Positions 54,152 to 64,000 of a DNA stretch of 64,000 bases are shown in pieces. The translations under genes were made by a program, and so were the position numbers. Below the pieces are notes generated by a model, which searched no databases, was not told the DNA's origin, and worked only from the letters and a program-made list of their open reading frames with translations. Source of the DNA: a virus; IMG/VR virus record IMGVR_UViG_3300020196_000026, positions 5,102 to 69,101 of that record; one strand, given 5' to 3'. Positions within the stretch are counted from its first letter, which is position 1, and each line of letters begins with the position of its first letter.

Positions 54152-56284
54152 ATGGCCAGAAAGAACATCATTAAGCTTGCAGATGATGCATCCTTTGAGC
54201 AGAATTTCTTTCAATTGGCTTTTGCCTATATTCGAGACAAGATCCCAAATCTGCTCGACTACATGCTTGGTTTTGAGGTAGTTAACAAGAATGACGATGG
54301 CACTCAAGCCATTGGTCTTTTTAAATTTGATATAAGCGGACGACAGCTCTTTGTTCCTGTGTTCTATAAGAACGGCGAGCTCAAAGGCGCTGAACTCCTT
54401 TATAATCAAAATCAGGACAAGTTTGTACCCAATAAGGAAAACTGGGTCGACTCTATACTTAACTCTCGTCCAGAAGAACTCGGCTCTCCATCAGAAATGT
54501 CGAAAAGCGACATCATGAACGGCATGCAGTCTGGTCTAGACCTGAGCAAGATCTACAACCCTACGATGAACACTAAGCTCAGCATGGACCGCATGCAGAG
54601 TCTTACTTCTTCCTTTGATTGGACACTGCCTAACTTCCTTAAGCAAGCAGACTGCAAGTTGTCTGAGATCTACACCCGTACTTTAATGCAGAATCCCGAA
54701 CTGCACAAGTTAGCTACTGAGGCTTACGGCGAGGAACTTTACAAAGCTCTCGAGTCTTGTAAGAAGTCTGAGGCTGTTATCCAGCTAGACAACGACAAAG
54801 TTCCAGAAGTCCAAGTGATCGACGCTAATAGTCCTCAGCCGGTATTTGACTCGATGAGTGATGCCGAGAAGAAGGAGTTGCTTGAGGAAGGCGTTGTCCT
54901 GCGCGACAATAGATCCGAGGGCAAAATTCCTTATAAAATTCAACGTCCAATGAAGCTAAATGCTGCAGAGGGCGCATGCGCATGCGACTTACTGATGAAG
55001 GGCGGCTCTTTTCAGCGCGGTGCAATTCTACCCGAACTAGGCGTAGATAACTTTAATAAACATGTTTTTATTCCTATGGGGAATAAAAATATCACGCCTT
55101 GCTGCATTGAGTCTTCAAAAGCTTTCGTATCTTCTTTTGATAATGCTCACGAGGAGTTTAAAAAGTTTATTGAAGCCCTACCGGATGCCAGCTCAGCCAA
55201 GGTTCAAGCTGGAGATTCCATCAATGTTTACAACACGGAAGTCCCATATACTATCTTTGTTGAAGCAGATGGCTCTCAGGGTTCAAGTGCAGTTTGCTTA
55301 AAGAATAAAGTCGAGTTTGATTCAACCGCTACTTATGAAGTAATGTGCGGTAACTACTCAATCGACAAGGTTGTAGTATCTCCTGCTTATAAGCGCATGA
55401 GGCTTATTGATAAAACTCTTTATGTTCCCGTGAAGGCTAAAGTACACTCCTTCAAAGCTAAAGCATACTCTTGCCCTAGGCTAGATATTGGTGACGCTAG
55501 AGATATCGATGCCAAGATCAAGGGCCTGTTTGATGAAGTAAAGGTTGCCAAGGATCGCAACGGATTTACTGTATCTTGCAATGGCAAAGTCTTGTTTAAG
55601 CAAGCAAGTCGTCGAGACACCTATATAAGTCTAGTTGCTGGTGTGGGCTTGGATATTGCTAGTGCTAAAGGCGCCATTAAACAAGCAGCTACCTTAGAGC
55701 CTGTAGTGTACATGTTGCAAAAGAGCGCTCAGGGGCCGTTCTTCGACCCGGGCCAGGTCTTTGCCCCGAATATTCCCTCAGTCCCAATGGGCATGAATCC
55801 CACCTTGGGTGTTCCAGAGCAGTATCCCCAGGCCGAGACAATGAACGCCATGACTGGCGCTCCCGGTAATGTCTTAAACCAGCGCATCATGGATGGCATC
55901 GGTGGCATGAATCAGGCTCAACCTGCTCTTAGCCAGCAGGCAGTCGATGAAATTATGCAGGCTGCTCAAGCCGGGGAGAAGGATGTTTTCGACGTCGCTA
56001 ATATTTCTCAGCTTATCAATCGTGCAGATATTGATACGCCCTTGGATCAATACCTTGTGGACCTTAACCAGGCTCTGGATCGTCTTGGTAGAATCTATTT
56101 CCTCATGCTTTTCCACGGCGATAAGTTTGCCGAGCGCTTTAGCCAAGAAGATATTCCCAGCATGGAAGAGTCTGTTCGTAATACCTTTACCCATCTCGGC
56201 GAACTAATTCTTAAACTGAAAGAGCGCAAGATTCAGTCTGACTCAGGATCTGCGGTAGAAACCGATCTTAACCAGCTTGTGTAA
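54152..56284 (+). CDS. Large head-morphogenesis/core protein, KxA-rich
   Basis: 710 aa; KLA, KLS, KQA (x3), KVA and KSA motifs; in the head operon. Confidence 0.55.
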   Translation: MARKNIIKLADDASFEQNFFQLAFAYIRDKIPNLLDYMLGFEVVNKNDDGTQAIGLFKFDISGRQLFVPVFYKNGELKGAELLYNQNQDKFVPNKENWVDSILNSRPEELGSPSEMSKSDIMNGMQSGLDLSKIYNPTMNTKLSMDRMQSLTSSFDWTLPNFLKQADCKLSEIYTRTLMQNPELHKLATEAYGEELYKALESCKKSEAVIQLDNDKVPEVQVIDANSPQPVFDSMSDAEKKELLEEGVVLRDNRSEGKIPYKIQRPMKLNAAEGACACDLLMKGGSFQRGAILPELGVDNFNKHVFIPMGNKNITPCCIESSKAFVSSFDNAHEEFKKFIEALPDASSAKVQAGDSINVYNTEVPYTIFVEADGSQGSSAVCLKNKVEFDSTATYEVMCGNYSIDKVVVSPAYKRMRLIDKTLYVPVKAKVHSFKAKAYSCPRLDIGDARDIDAKIKGLFDEVKVAKDRNGFTVSCNGKVLFKQASRRDTYISLVAGVGLDIASAKGAIKQAATLEPVVYMLQKSAQGPFFDPGQVFAPNIPSVPMGMNPTLGVPEQYPQAETMNAMTGAPGNVLNQRIMDGIGGMNQAQPALSQQAVDEIMQAAQAGEKDVFDVANISQLINRADIDTPLDQYLVDLNQALDRLGRIYFLMLFHGDKFAERFSQEDIPSMEESVRNTFTHLGELILKLKERKIQSDSGSAVETDLNQLV

Positions 56285-57183
56285 TGCGTAAAGCAAACGT
56301 CTCGTTATCCGGCAATCGCCAACCCGCTCCTCGACGGCTGAAGAGCCCCGACTGGAGATATAACTATGTCGTCAGCCTTATCGACGAATGGCGAGAGCCC
56401 CGCAAAGATGACGATAAATACGTGTGTGAGCTGTACGCTTTACTAAAGGCTATTAGGCAAGAGCCGGTAGATGTCGTAGAGAGTTATAAGGATTCTAATC
56501 CAAATATTGCGGATGCCTTGATGCTCTACGAGAATGGTCCGTCCTATCGAGTAGACGTAGATACACGCATCCTAGTAAATTATTCTTTTGAAGAAATTGC
56601 TCGAGTAGTCGGGCATAATCCAATAGTTATTGAATATTACGTAAAGTGTTTTTTTGATGTAATTGATAACCTTAATAATTACGGATACTTAAATCGCTGG
56701 GTTGTAGAGCCGATTATGCGCTCAGCTCCATTTAGTAATGAGGCTTTTTGGAAGCGTCTTGCTGTGTTTGGCGGACGGGAAATGTTGGAGTCTGTGGAGA
56801 AGTGCTCGCAACATCAAATGCAAAAGCTTTATGAAACTTTGTTTGACAACTTGGTTCTTTCCAAGGGTATCCAGGCTGCCAACGGTATTGTGCCTAATGC
56901 TAGAAATGCAACTGAACTTATCGGCCTAGCCAAAGACAATATAAATGAGCGTAAAAAGATTGAGGCAATCTTTGGTGGAGTAAAGGAAGATGATGCCTTT
57001 ACCTCTCAGATCGTTAGTGTAATGCTGAAATCTTTTACATTTGGTCTAATGAATAACAACGCACTGCCCGCAGATCCATTACGATCTGGTCAGTATTCTA
57101 ATGAAGATCTAGCCTCGCTACATCTCAATAATCCACCTCGTTTTGTTGAAAATCAAAATCAAGGTAAACTAGAGGAACAATGA
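56284..57183 (+). CDS. Hypothetical helical protein in the head module
   Basis: 299 aa, translationally coupled on both sides. Confidence 0.55.
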   Translation: MRKANVSLSGNRQPAPRRLKSPDWRYNYVVSLIDEWREPRKDDDKYVCELYALLKAIRQEPVDVVESYKDSNPNIADALMLYENGPSYRVDVDTRILVNYSFEEIARVVGHNPIVIEYYVKCFFDVIDNLNNYGYLNRWVVEPIMRSAPFSNEAFWKRLAVFGGREMLESVEKCSQHQMQKLYETLFDNLVLSKGIQAANGIVPNARNATELIGLAKDNINERKKIEAIFGGVKEDDAFTSQIVSVMLKSFTFGLMNNNALPADPLRSGQYSNEDLASLHLNNPPRFVENQNQGKLEEQ

Positions 57184-58490
57184 GTGAATTAAAGCATATT
57201 TCTTTAGAAAATAAAGAGCGGTTGGTGGAACTGGTTAACAAGACTGCCAGTTACGTCAACGACGGTATGGAGCCCACTGATGCTTTAGTAAAAGCTGCTA
57301 GTGATAGTGAGTATCCCAATGATTACGTTCTGCGTGCTGCAGAGGCTTATAATGGCGCTGCTCATCTTGCTTATTTTAAATCTGCGAGTCTTGATGAGCG
57401 GGGTAATTCTTTTGCTCTCGCTGATGGCCTAAGTGCAGTTGCCCGTATTTTAAATGCTACGAAGGTTGATACAAAGAAAGCTGAAAAGGTTTCTTTTTCT
57501 TATCTATCAGAGACAAGTGGCTATTTTGATACGGCAGAGGACGACAGCTTTCTTTTTGTAGAGAAGCAAGCAACTGCCCCCTCCTTTGATTCAATTAATA
57601 GGGCTGCAGCTGCTTTAGACAAGCAAGAAAAGCTAGCTATTGAAACAAATAGAAACTGTTACAATCAAGCCTGTGAAAGTTTGGCTAAAAGCATTATGTG
57701 TTTTAAGGAAAAGACTGCAACGGCGACCACTTATCGTAAAATGCACTGGGCTAGAGAAATGCTCGAGCGTCATGGTAAAGAAGCGCTTGACGTTATTAGT
57801 ATTGCTACTGGTGTGACTGGCGCAGAGTGTACCAAGTTAGCTGCTGATAAAGTCGGTTATTTTTCTTTAGGCAATGACGAACTTAATTCCTTGGATTCCA
57901 TCATTCAAAGATTCAACCAAGTGCGTTTACTAAATACTAAGCTTGCTCAGGTTGAGCATGACGCTTATGTCAATCGTTTAGAGCGCAACAACCTACTTAA
58001 TGATGCTTGTGGGGTTAAACCTTTTTATAAAAAAAAAGCTGGTAGAATAGCGGATTTTAACGATACTCTTGAAACCGTTATAAATAGAATGAATCCTAAC
58101 ATGGGTGCTTCTAGCGAATCAATTCAAAGAGGTATTTTAGAAGGTATGGCTGATCCTGACTTTATTGATAAGTCTTCTAAAATTGATAAAGCTCTAATTC
58201 TACATAAGCTTATAAAGTCAGATCCAATTATTGGTTCTCGTGCGCCCCACGAGATTGAGCAAGCATTATCTGAGATTAGTTCCATTGCTCCAACTGCAAC
58301 TCGCAGCGAACCCTTGCTTCGATCCATGCTTCGTCGTAGACTAGAAGCAGGAGAACAGATTGATGACTTCTCTCTCAATCAAATGCTTGCAATGGAAGAT
58401 CGAATGAGAGATCAGTATAGAGAGTATTCTGTTGTACCCAAGCTGACGGGTCTCAGCGAATCCGACCGAGGAGCAGGAAAAGGCAAATAA
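57180..58490 (+). CDS. Prohead core/scaffold-like protein
   Basis: KTA, KAA, KSA, KKA, KVS, KQA and repeated KLA motifs throughout. Confidence 0.6.
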   Translation: MSELKHISLENKERLVELVNKTASYVNDGMEPTDALVKAASDSEYPNDYVLRAAEAYNGAAHLAYFKSASLDERGNSFALADGLSAVARILNATKVDTKKAEKVSFSYLSETSGYFDTAEDDSFLFVEKQATAPSFDSINRAAAALDKQEKLAIETNRNCYNQACESLAKSIMCFKEKTATATTYRKMHWAREMLERHGKEALDVISIATGVTGAECTKLAADKVGYFSLGNDELNSLDSIIQRFNQVRLLNTKLAQVEHDAYVNRLERNNLLNDACGVKPFYKKKAGRIADFNDTLETVINRMNPNMGASSESIQRGILEGMADPDFIDKSSKIDKALILHKLIKSDPIIGSRAPHEIEQALSEISSIAPTATRSEPLLRSMLRRRLEAGEQIDDFSLNQMLAMEDRMRDQYREYSVVPKLTGLSESDRGAGKGK

Positions 58491-59659
58491 TGAATATTGA
58501 TCAACTTACAGCAAAGTTTGCCCAAGCTTATGTTAAGCGCTCCGAGGAGATGTACAATGGGCAGCCTATTGCCAAACTCTCTCCAGCAGAAGTAACAAGG
58601 GCCGTTGCGGGCGCTCAAAATGCAGCAGATTATCTTGCTGGATTGAACCCTAGCACTGCTGCAACAGCAGGCCAGATATATCAAACCCAGAGTGGTCCAA
58701 CTGGAGTTATGAGTGGAGCTCCACACCTGATTGCTAGACCTGTTGAAAGTCACCAAGATTACAACTCTGGTGCTCTCTACAACCCAGGCAATGCAGGTTT
58801 TTGGTCTCCACTTTTAGATGTTCCTTTTGTTGGAGAGGATCAAACTGGTTTTGGCACAGGCGGTGCCGCCCTCTCCTCCGCCGCCGCCTATCTAGGAGTT
58901 AAAGGAGGTCTAAATCGCGAATTGTTTTTTCCCAGCAGTTATAGAGAAGGTTTCCCGCGAAGCCCTGAATATATGACTCCAAAAGGAGTAGAGCGCTTTT
59001 TTGCAATATTAGGAGCCAGTCCACAAACATTAAATTCCAATTTAGGTAACTATGAGCATGTCCGTAATTACCCTCTAACGGCTAGGCAACTAGGCAGACC
59101 GTTAGTGACGTCAGATACAATGGACCCCGAACAATTTCGAGAGAAAATGGTAAAAGGCTTGGTGCCTGGTCCTGGGACTGCTGTAGATCTTCCACGAAAC
59201 TTAGTGCCTGAAGACGGACCTGTAAGCATAGTAGCAACGCATGCGGCTCCTAAGGGTGGCGGTGATGGTGACGATAAGGGGGCAAGACGTTTACAGACTA
59301 GAGCCGTTCTAGAACCATACACTCCTTTAGCTCGTTCTTCGAGACTCCCAATCCCAACTGCAGCAGGTTTTAAAACTCTTCTACCAGGATTTTTTGGTGG
59401 TCTTCCAACTGGCGCTAGAGGTACTTTCCGTGCCAGAGCTCCTAGGTATGCAGCTTTGGCGTCCCTTGCCGCTGCACCCATATGGAACTTTTTAAACCCT
59501 TATGCTACAACAGATCCAAACGGTAGCTGGTTATCTGGATTTACGCCTGAAGTAGGATATAATCCTGCTGTCTTAGGGGCAGAACCTGGCTTCTTCGGTG
59601 CCACTCCTATGATATACGAAAACGTTCCCGGTGAAGACATTCCGTACGTGCCAAGATAG
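58490..59659 (+). CDS. Gly/Pro-rich putative internal virion protein
   Basis: Leader MNIDQLTAKFAQAYVKRS...AKLS; hydrophobic Gly-rich segments. Confidence 0.55.
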   Translation: MNIDQLTAKFAQAYVKRSEEMYNGQPIAKLSPAEVTRAVAGAQNAADYLAGLNPSTAATAGQIYQTQSGPTGVMSGAPHLIARPVESHQDYNSGALYNPGNAGFWSPLLDVPFVGEDQTGFGTGGAALSSAAAYLGVKGGLNRELFFPSSYREGFPRSPEYMTPKGVERFFAILGASPQTLNSNLGNYEHVRNYPLTARQLGRPLVTSDTMDPEQFREKMVKGLVPGPGTAVDLPRNLVPEDGPVSIVATHAAPKGGGDGDDKGARRLQTRAVLEPYTPLARSSRLPIPTAAGFKTLLPGFFGGLPTGARGTFRARAPRYAALASLAAAPIWNFLNPYATTDPNGSWLSGFTPEVGYNPAVLGAEPGFFGATPMIYENVPGEDIPYVPR

Positions 59660-59668
59660 CTAATAACA

Positions 59669-61024
59669 ATGTTTATCAAAGCTTTTAGTCCTGATCACTT
59701 TAACCTCGGCAGCGAGGCTCCTTTTGAAATCCTACGATTTTCTGCAAAGGGCCTAGACTCCGGACAAGAGAAGCGTGCCAATATGTTCTCTCGTCTTATC
59801 GAAGGCTATACGCCAGCTAGGGGCAAGACGGCAGTACACACTATTGCCATGACGGCGTATGAAAAGTTTGGTTTTAATAGAAACGGGGATGGCTGGAAGC
59901 GAGCCAATTTGCAGAGAGACTACCCTACATTTATCAGTCATGCTAAGGTATTCCGACATCATAAGAATACCCCTATGGACTCTAGTTACGGTATAGTCAA
60001 GGCCGCCATGTATAATGAAGACATGGATAGAGTCGAACTGCTCATGGAGCTGGATAATTCTAAATGTGCTGAGGAACTCTCCTTACTCGAGCGCAATGGC
60101 AGCTACCCAGTCTCAATGGCTTGTAAGATTGCTCATGACGTTTGCTCTATTTGCTCTAATAAGGCAAAGACTCCTAAGGAATATTGTTGGCACGTCAAAG
60201 AGGCTTTAGGTAAAATTTTGGATGACGGTAGAGCAGTTGGTGTTGATAACCCCCACTCCACCTTCTTTGATATCTCTAGAGTTATACGTCCCGCAGATCG
60301 AGTAGCATATACTCTCAAGAAAGCTTCTGCCAGCATTATTGGCGGAGCTGCACTTGCAGAAGAGCTTGGATATTCTTTAAATGATATTCAAGGTATTGAG
60401 GCTACGCTTAATTGTAGTTTTAAGTCTGCAGAAGAAAAACGTAAAATTCTTGAAAAATTATCTAAGATGGAAAAACGCATCGATGGGGTGGTGCGCCCAA
60501 CGGTTCTGAATAATCAGGAAGAAGTTGACTCTACAATTAAAAAACTATCTTTCTACATTCCTACTTATTTAGATTCAGTTATGCGTGGATTATCGGACAA
60601 TGGCGTTATGCTACGTCCTGCAGAATTTTATACATTAATGACTGGATCTAAACTTAGCTCTAGCCAAGCTGCGACTTTCAATAAGTCCGCTGTAGCTGCT
60701 GGTTTAAGAGGGTTTATGACGGATGACTTGGTTTCTAGCTCTCTTTATGAGCCGGCTTCCCTCAAGATTTCAGGTAAAATTGCCGAACTGTGCTCCAGCC
60801 TTCGCTCTTATCGCTCAATTACGACTCCATTAATGGGTAGAATTTCCGGAACTCAAATTGGAAAATCTAATCCTATTAAGCTATCTTCCGACATTGACAC
60901 AAGTTGGGCAAAAGAGTATATTTGTTACCAGCTTGAAACATTTAAGTCAATCAAATCCGCTGCCTCTGTTAGTGATTTAGATAATTTACTTTTTTGCGCA
61001 TTTTGTCAGAATACTGTAGAATAA
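59669..61024 (+). CDS. Prohead (capsid maturation) protease with Zn-ribbon insert
   Basis: NRNGD, FRHHKN (His), VSMAC (Ser), DVCSIC..EYCWH, FFDISRV..PAD: an HK97/assemblin-like motif order; lies upstream of scaffold and capsid genes. Confidence 0.8.
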   Translation: MFIKAFSPDHFNLGSEAPFEILRFSAKGLDSGQEKRANMFSRLIEGYTPARGKTAVHTIAMTAYEKFGFNRNGDGWKRANLQRDYPTFISHAKVFRHHKNTPMDSSYGIVKAAMYNEDMDRVELLMELDNSKCAEELSLLERNGSYPVSMACKIAHDVCSICSNKAKTPKEYCWHVKEALGKILDDGRAVGVDNPHSTFFDISRVIRPADRVAYTLKKASASIIGGAALAEELGYSLNDIQGIEATLNCSFKSAEEKRKILEKLSKMEKRIDGVVRPTVLNNQEEVDSTIKKLSFYIPTYLDSVMRGLSDNGVMLRPAEFYTLMTGSKLSSSQAATFNKSAVAAGLRGFMTDDLVSSSLYEPASLKISGKIAELCSSLRSYRSITTPLMGRISGTQIGKSNPIKLSSDIDTSWAKEYICYQLETFKSIKSAASVSDLDNLLFCAFCQNTVE

Positions 61025-61051
61025 ACACAAACGTAAAGGAAATACACCATT

Positions 61052-62617
61052 ATGGCCACTAGCTTTGAACACCGCGCTCTAGTCGAACAGCTTCGCGCTC
61101 TTACTCAGAAGCGCGCTGAGAATCCCGGCGAGAGCATCCTCAATACGTCTCATCCCAGCGGCAGCAACTCTGCAGCTGATGATCATACTCGTCCAGCAGT
61201 CGTCGGCCATCGTTATGCCGAAAATACTGCTGACAATAAGGCAATGTATCCTATGGGTACTGACAGCGATACCCGGCTTGAAGCAGGTAGTCAGCAAAAG
61301 GACCCAGGCCACAACAAGGGCCTACACCCACGTCCATCGGGCGAGGCTCCTGAGGTTGAGCGTAAGTACGATCTGAACAATAATAACGATCCAGGTTCTT
61401 CTCACCCCTCGGGTAAGAATGCTACCGATTCTTTTATTGCTGAGGCTCGCAGTCTTGCTGCAGAACTTCGGAATATTGTTAAGGCTTCTCAAAGCGGCGA
61501 TTCTTATGTCACCGGTAATGTTGCTGAAGAAGCGACCGATGATAGCAAGAAAGATGCCAAGGGTACCGCTGCTTACCCTGTTAATGCCGATAACGACAAT
61601 AACATTTCTCTCACCGTTGAGCAGGGCAAGGACGCTGCAACAAAACTAGCGGCTATCCGAGAGATGGCAATTAAGGATCTCGTGACTATGCGCGAGGGTA
61701 TGAAGACATCTGCTGTTCTTGATGCTGAGTCTTTTATCCAGACTATAACAACTGTCATGGATAAGTTTGCCGCTCCTCACGTCCTTCCTGCAATCCAGGC
61801 TCAGAAGCAGGCCGCAGAGCATGCTGCTATTGATGATATGGCAGAGAAAATTGCAGCCTACGATATTCTTGCTGAGCTCGATGGTCTTCCAAAGTTTGCA
61901 GAAGAAATGATGAAAGACAAGAAGGAAACATCTAAGTCTGAGAAGAAGAAGCCTGATGCCGATAGCGACGGCGTTCCTGATTGGGCAGATAAGAAGGAAG
62001 GCCCAGATGAGGAAAAAAAGGAAGCTGCAAAGCTTGCCGCTCTACTTAAAAAGGCTGCAGAAATGTGCGCCTTTGAAGATGGCGACGACGATTCAGAAGA
62101 AAAGTCTGAACCTGCAAATAAGCAGGAGAAGAAGGAGGCCTCCCGTAAAGGGGGAGCCTTTCGTAAGCTCGCCGAAGAAGACGAAGTAGAAGAGGAGGAG
62201 TCCCCAGAGTCAGAAGAGGAGATTTCTTCTGACGAAGAGGATGCTGCCGAGCAGGCTCTGATGGATATGGCTGCTATGCCAGCAGGCGGAGGCGCCCCCG
62301 ATGAGATGGCTGCCATGATGGATCCTGCTATGATGGGCGGCGAAGCCCCAGCTATGGCTCCTGAAGAGGAGGCCGCACTGATGGCTCTTATGCAGCAGGA
62401 AGGCATGAAGGAGTCGGATATTCGCTCTTATGCGAAGATCTCTACTCTGATTGCCAACCGTAAGCTTGATCCAACCAAGCTTTCGGCAGCTCAGGTTTCA
62501 TTCATGCAGACTTGCGACGGCGCAGTAAAGCGCGCAGGTGCAAAGTTCCAGACTCTGCGCTCAGCTAGCCGTCTACGTAACGAACTAAACTCAATTTATA
62601 AAGGGATCCAGTCGTGA
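61052..62617 (+). CDS. Capsid scaffolding protein
   Basis: Acidic/low-complexity, dense KxA motifs, located between protease and capsid genes. Confidence 0.7.
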   Translation: MATSFEHRALVEQLRALTQKRAENPGESILNTSHPSGSNSAADDHTRPAVVGHRYAENTADNKAMYPMGTDSDTRLEAGSQQKDPGHNKGLHPRPSGEAPEVERKYDLNNNNDPGSSHPSGKNATDSFIAEARSLAAELRNIVKASQSGDSYVTGNVAEEATDDSKKDAKGTAAYPVNADNDNNISLTVEQGKDAATKLAAIREMAIKDLVTMREGMKTSAVLDAESFIQTITTVMDKFAAPHVLPAIQAQKQAAEHAAIDDMAEKIAAYDILAELDGLPKFAEEMMKDKKETSKSEKKKPDADSDGVPDWADKKEGPDEEKKEAAKLAALLKKAAEMCAFEDGDDDSEEKSEPANKQEKKEASRKGGAFRKLAEEDEVEEEESPESEEEISSDEEDAAEQALMDMAAMPAGGGAPDEMAAMMDPAMMGGEAPAMAPEEEAALMALMQQEGMKESDIRSYAKISTLIANRKLDPTKLSAAQVSFMQTCDGAVKRAGAKFQTLRSASRLRNELNSIYKGIQS

Positions 62618-62997
62618 GCACAATTAAAATTCCAATAAACGCACTTGAAAAGATCGCATCTTTTTTTGAGCGTGTACCTCAGATGGTTTCGACCATTTCT
62701 TCGTCCGCTCCTGTTTCAGCACTAAACCGCAAGGAAGCTGAAGCCCGAGTAGTCGATCTTGTCAAACACGCCGGTCTTGATCCGGCTCGTCAGTCTGAGT
62801 TCGCCAACTACATTCTTACGAATGATGGCGCGCTTAGGACAATCGCATCTCTTACCGGCAAGGTTGCTGCCCTCCAGTCCGAACTGGGTCAGGCTCGTAA
62901 TCTTGCAGTAGGGGTTCCTTCCTCTGTTTCCGCAAAATCCGCTGCAGTACCTGGCAACCAGGCTTCATCCGCTTGGTGCGAAGCTCTACTCAGCTAA
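62614..62997 (+). CDS. Small scaffold-associated protein
   Basis: KIA, KEA, KHA, KVA and KSA motifs; helical. Confidence 0.55.
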   Translation: MSTIKIPINALEKIASFFERVPQMVSTISSSAPVSALNRKEAEARVVDLVKHAGLDPARQSEFANYILTNDGALRTIASLTGKVAALQSELGQARNLAVGVPSSVSAKSAAVPGNQASSAWCEALLS

Positions 62998-63056
62998 TTG
63001 AAAAGAAAGTAATTCTGTTCTAAACTATATCGAATCCAAGATTCGGAGATTAAAAA

Positions 63057-63650
63057 ATGGCTTACAAGAACCTAACTCAAATGACCGCTAATATGCTTGA
63101 TCCCGTCCGTGGCTGGTGGGACGAGCGTCAGCTTTCTCGCGTTGTTCCCGTCAGCGGCTACGACGGCACCACTGCTACTGCAGTAGTCGCCGGCTCAGTC
63201 GGCTTCCTTAATGCTTCCGGCCAGTTCGTAAAGGGCGGCGGCGCTAGCGCTCGCAACAAGATGCCACTCTTTGCACGTGGCGGCATCGAAGAGAACGACG
63301 CTGTTCGCTACCAGGGCAACCTGGCTGCTCAAAAGGCCACTCAAGTTGCTCAGGGTGAAGTCGGCATCTCTTGCCTTGTTGGTACCGGCGCTTACGAGCT
63401 CGGCACCACTGAATATGCAGGCACACCTGCAGCAGGCGACCTACTCATGGCCAGCACCGCTGCCAATACCGCAGGCAAAGTCGCTACTTTTGCAACCTCT
63501 TCTGGCACCTCTCTATACATCGCAAACGCCGATGCCGCCATCGGCGCCAACACCAATCAGGTTGTCGGTATTGCAACTAGCGGCGTAGTAAAGAATCAGT
63601 ATGGCGTAAACATGGTTTACTTCTACGTCAACTGGTGGCCAGCAATCTAA
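63057..63650 (+). CDS. Head decoration/cement-like protein
   Basis: A/G/T-rich protein with YELGTTEY...AGDLL...VVG pattern, immediately upstream of the capsid gene. Confidence 0.55.
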   Translation: MAYKNLTQMTANMLDPVRGWWDERQLSRVVPVSGYDGTTATAVVAGSVGFLNASGQFVKGGGASARNKMPLFARGGIEENDAVRYQGNLAAQKATQVAQGEVGISCLVGTGAYELGTTEYAGTPAAGDLLMASTAANTAGKVATFATSSGTSLYIANADAAIGANTNQVVGIATSGVVKNQYGVNMVYFYVNWWPAI

Positions 63651-63689
63651 TTTCAAAATTCAAATTTAACCTACTTAGGAGTAACACAG

Positions 63690-63998
63690 ATGGCACTAGA
63701 ACATCTTTCAGATATGGAGAAGCGAGCAAATCAGGTTGTGCGTCAGCACATCGATCAGATGGAATTCAACCCCGAATCCACTATCAAGGTAGCTCGAGCA
63801 ACCTCCGATTATATTCGTATGAAGCTTCGTGAAGAAGGCTTTCTTCGTAAAATCCTCCCTGCTCAGACCATTACTGGTGACGACCTCACCAAGCAGGTCT
63901 CCACCGACAAGCCCTCCAAGGTTGTCGAACTAGAGCCAGATTCACCTGGCGCTATGTCGATCCCCTTCGGCGAGTTCCCAAGTGGCACCTACATTTAA
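63690..63998 (+). CDS. Major capsid protein, N-terminal part only
   Basis: AGGAG SD; DYIRMKLREEGFLRKILP...ELEPDSPGAMSIPFG resembles an HK97-fold capsid N-arm/E-loop; last gene of the head module; stop codon 2 nt before the window end. Confidence 0.65.
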   Translation: MALEHLSDMEKRANQVVRQHIDQMEFNPESTIKVARATSDYIRMKLREEGFLRKILPAQTITGDDLTKQVSTDKPSKVVELEPDSPGAMSIPFGEFPSGTYI

Positions 63999-64000
63999 AA

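Noticed and set aside
56284-57183. Terminase small subunit or portal assignment for the head-module unknowns
   Set aside because: Position is suggestive, but I could not recognise diagnostic motifs; left as hypothetical.
61858-62406. Ser-rich minus-strand ORF, and the many other short antisense or alternate-frame ORFs in the track
   Set aside because: They lie fully within longer plus-strand genes that have recognisable motifs and show no independent signals.
1-64000. Alternative genetic code (stop-codon reassignment)
   Set aside because: The standard code gives dense, long, tightly coupled ORFs, with TAA, TAG and TGA all used as stops; no suppressor tRNA is seen.

Overview
A 64-kb, almost entirely plus-strand segment of a large tailed-phage (probably jumbo phage) genome. 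It has four parts. (i) 1-20.6 kb: an array of small, often glycine-zipper or Pro-rich genes with shared N-terminal leaders, plus a fused multisubunit RNA polymerase gene (beta + N-terminal beta', with the NADFDGD motif). (ii) 20.7-29.5 kb: a terminator-bounded block of small early/host-interaction genes with tRNA-Lys, tRNA-Leu, tmRNA and CsrA-, DenV-, PRTase- and deaminase-like genes. (iii) 29.6-49.4 kb: tail/adhesin genes, including 2152-aa and 3908-aa RCC1-repeat proteins. (iv) 49.4-64 kb: the C-terminal half of beta' and a head module (prohead protease, scaffolds, decoration protein, start of the major capsid protein). The most striking signal is a candidate capsid-cargo addressing system. 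Unrelated proteins carry interchangeable leaders (MIKVANNLQRMLE..., PYSHY...) that end in K-x-A/S. The same motif saturates the scaffold, protease and capsid precursors, and it brackets a degenerate 2H-phosphoesterase-like domain inserted in the RNAP beta subunit. The leader-bearing cassettes are repeatedly flanked by short duplications of the neighbouring gene's start or end, which look like insertion scars. RCC1/'GYLAHK' adhesin modules and CsrA suggest a Planctomycetota-like host (inference). All family calls are by-eye motif recognition; no searches were run.
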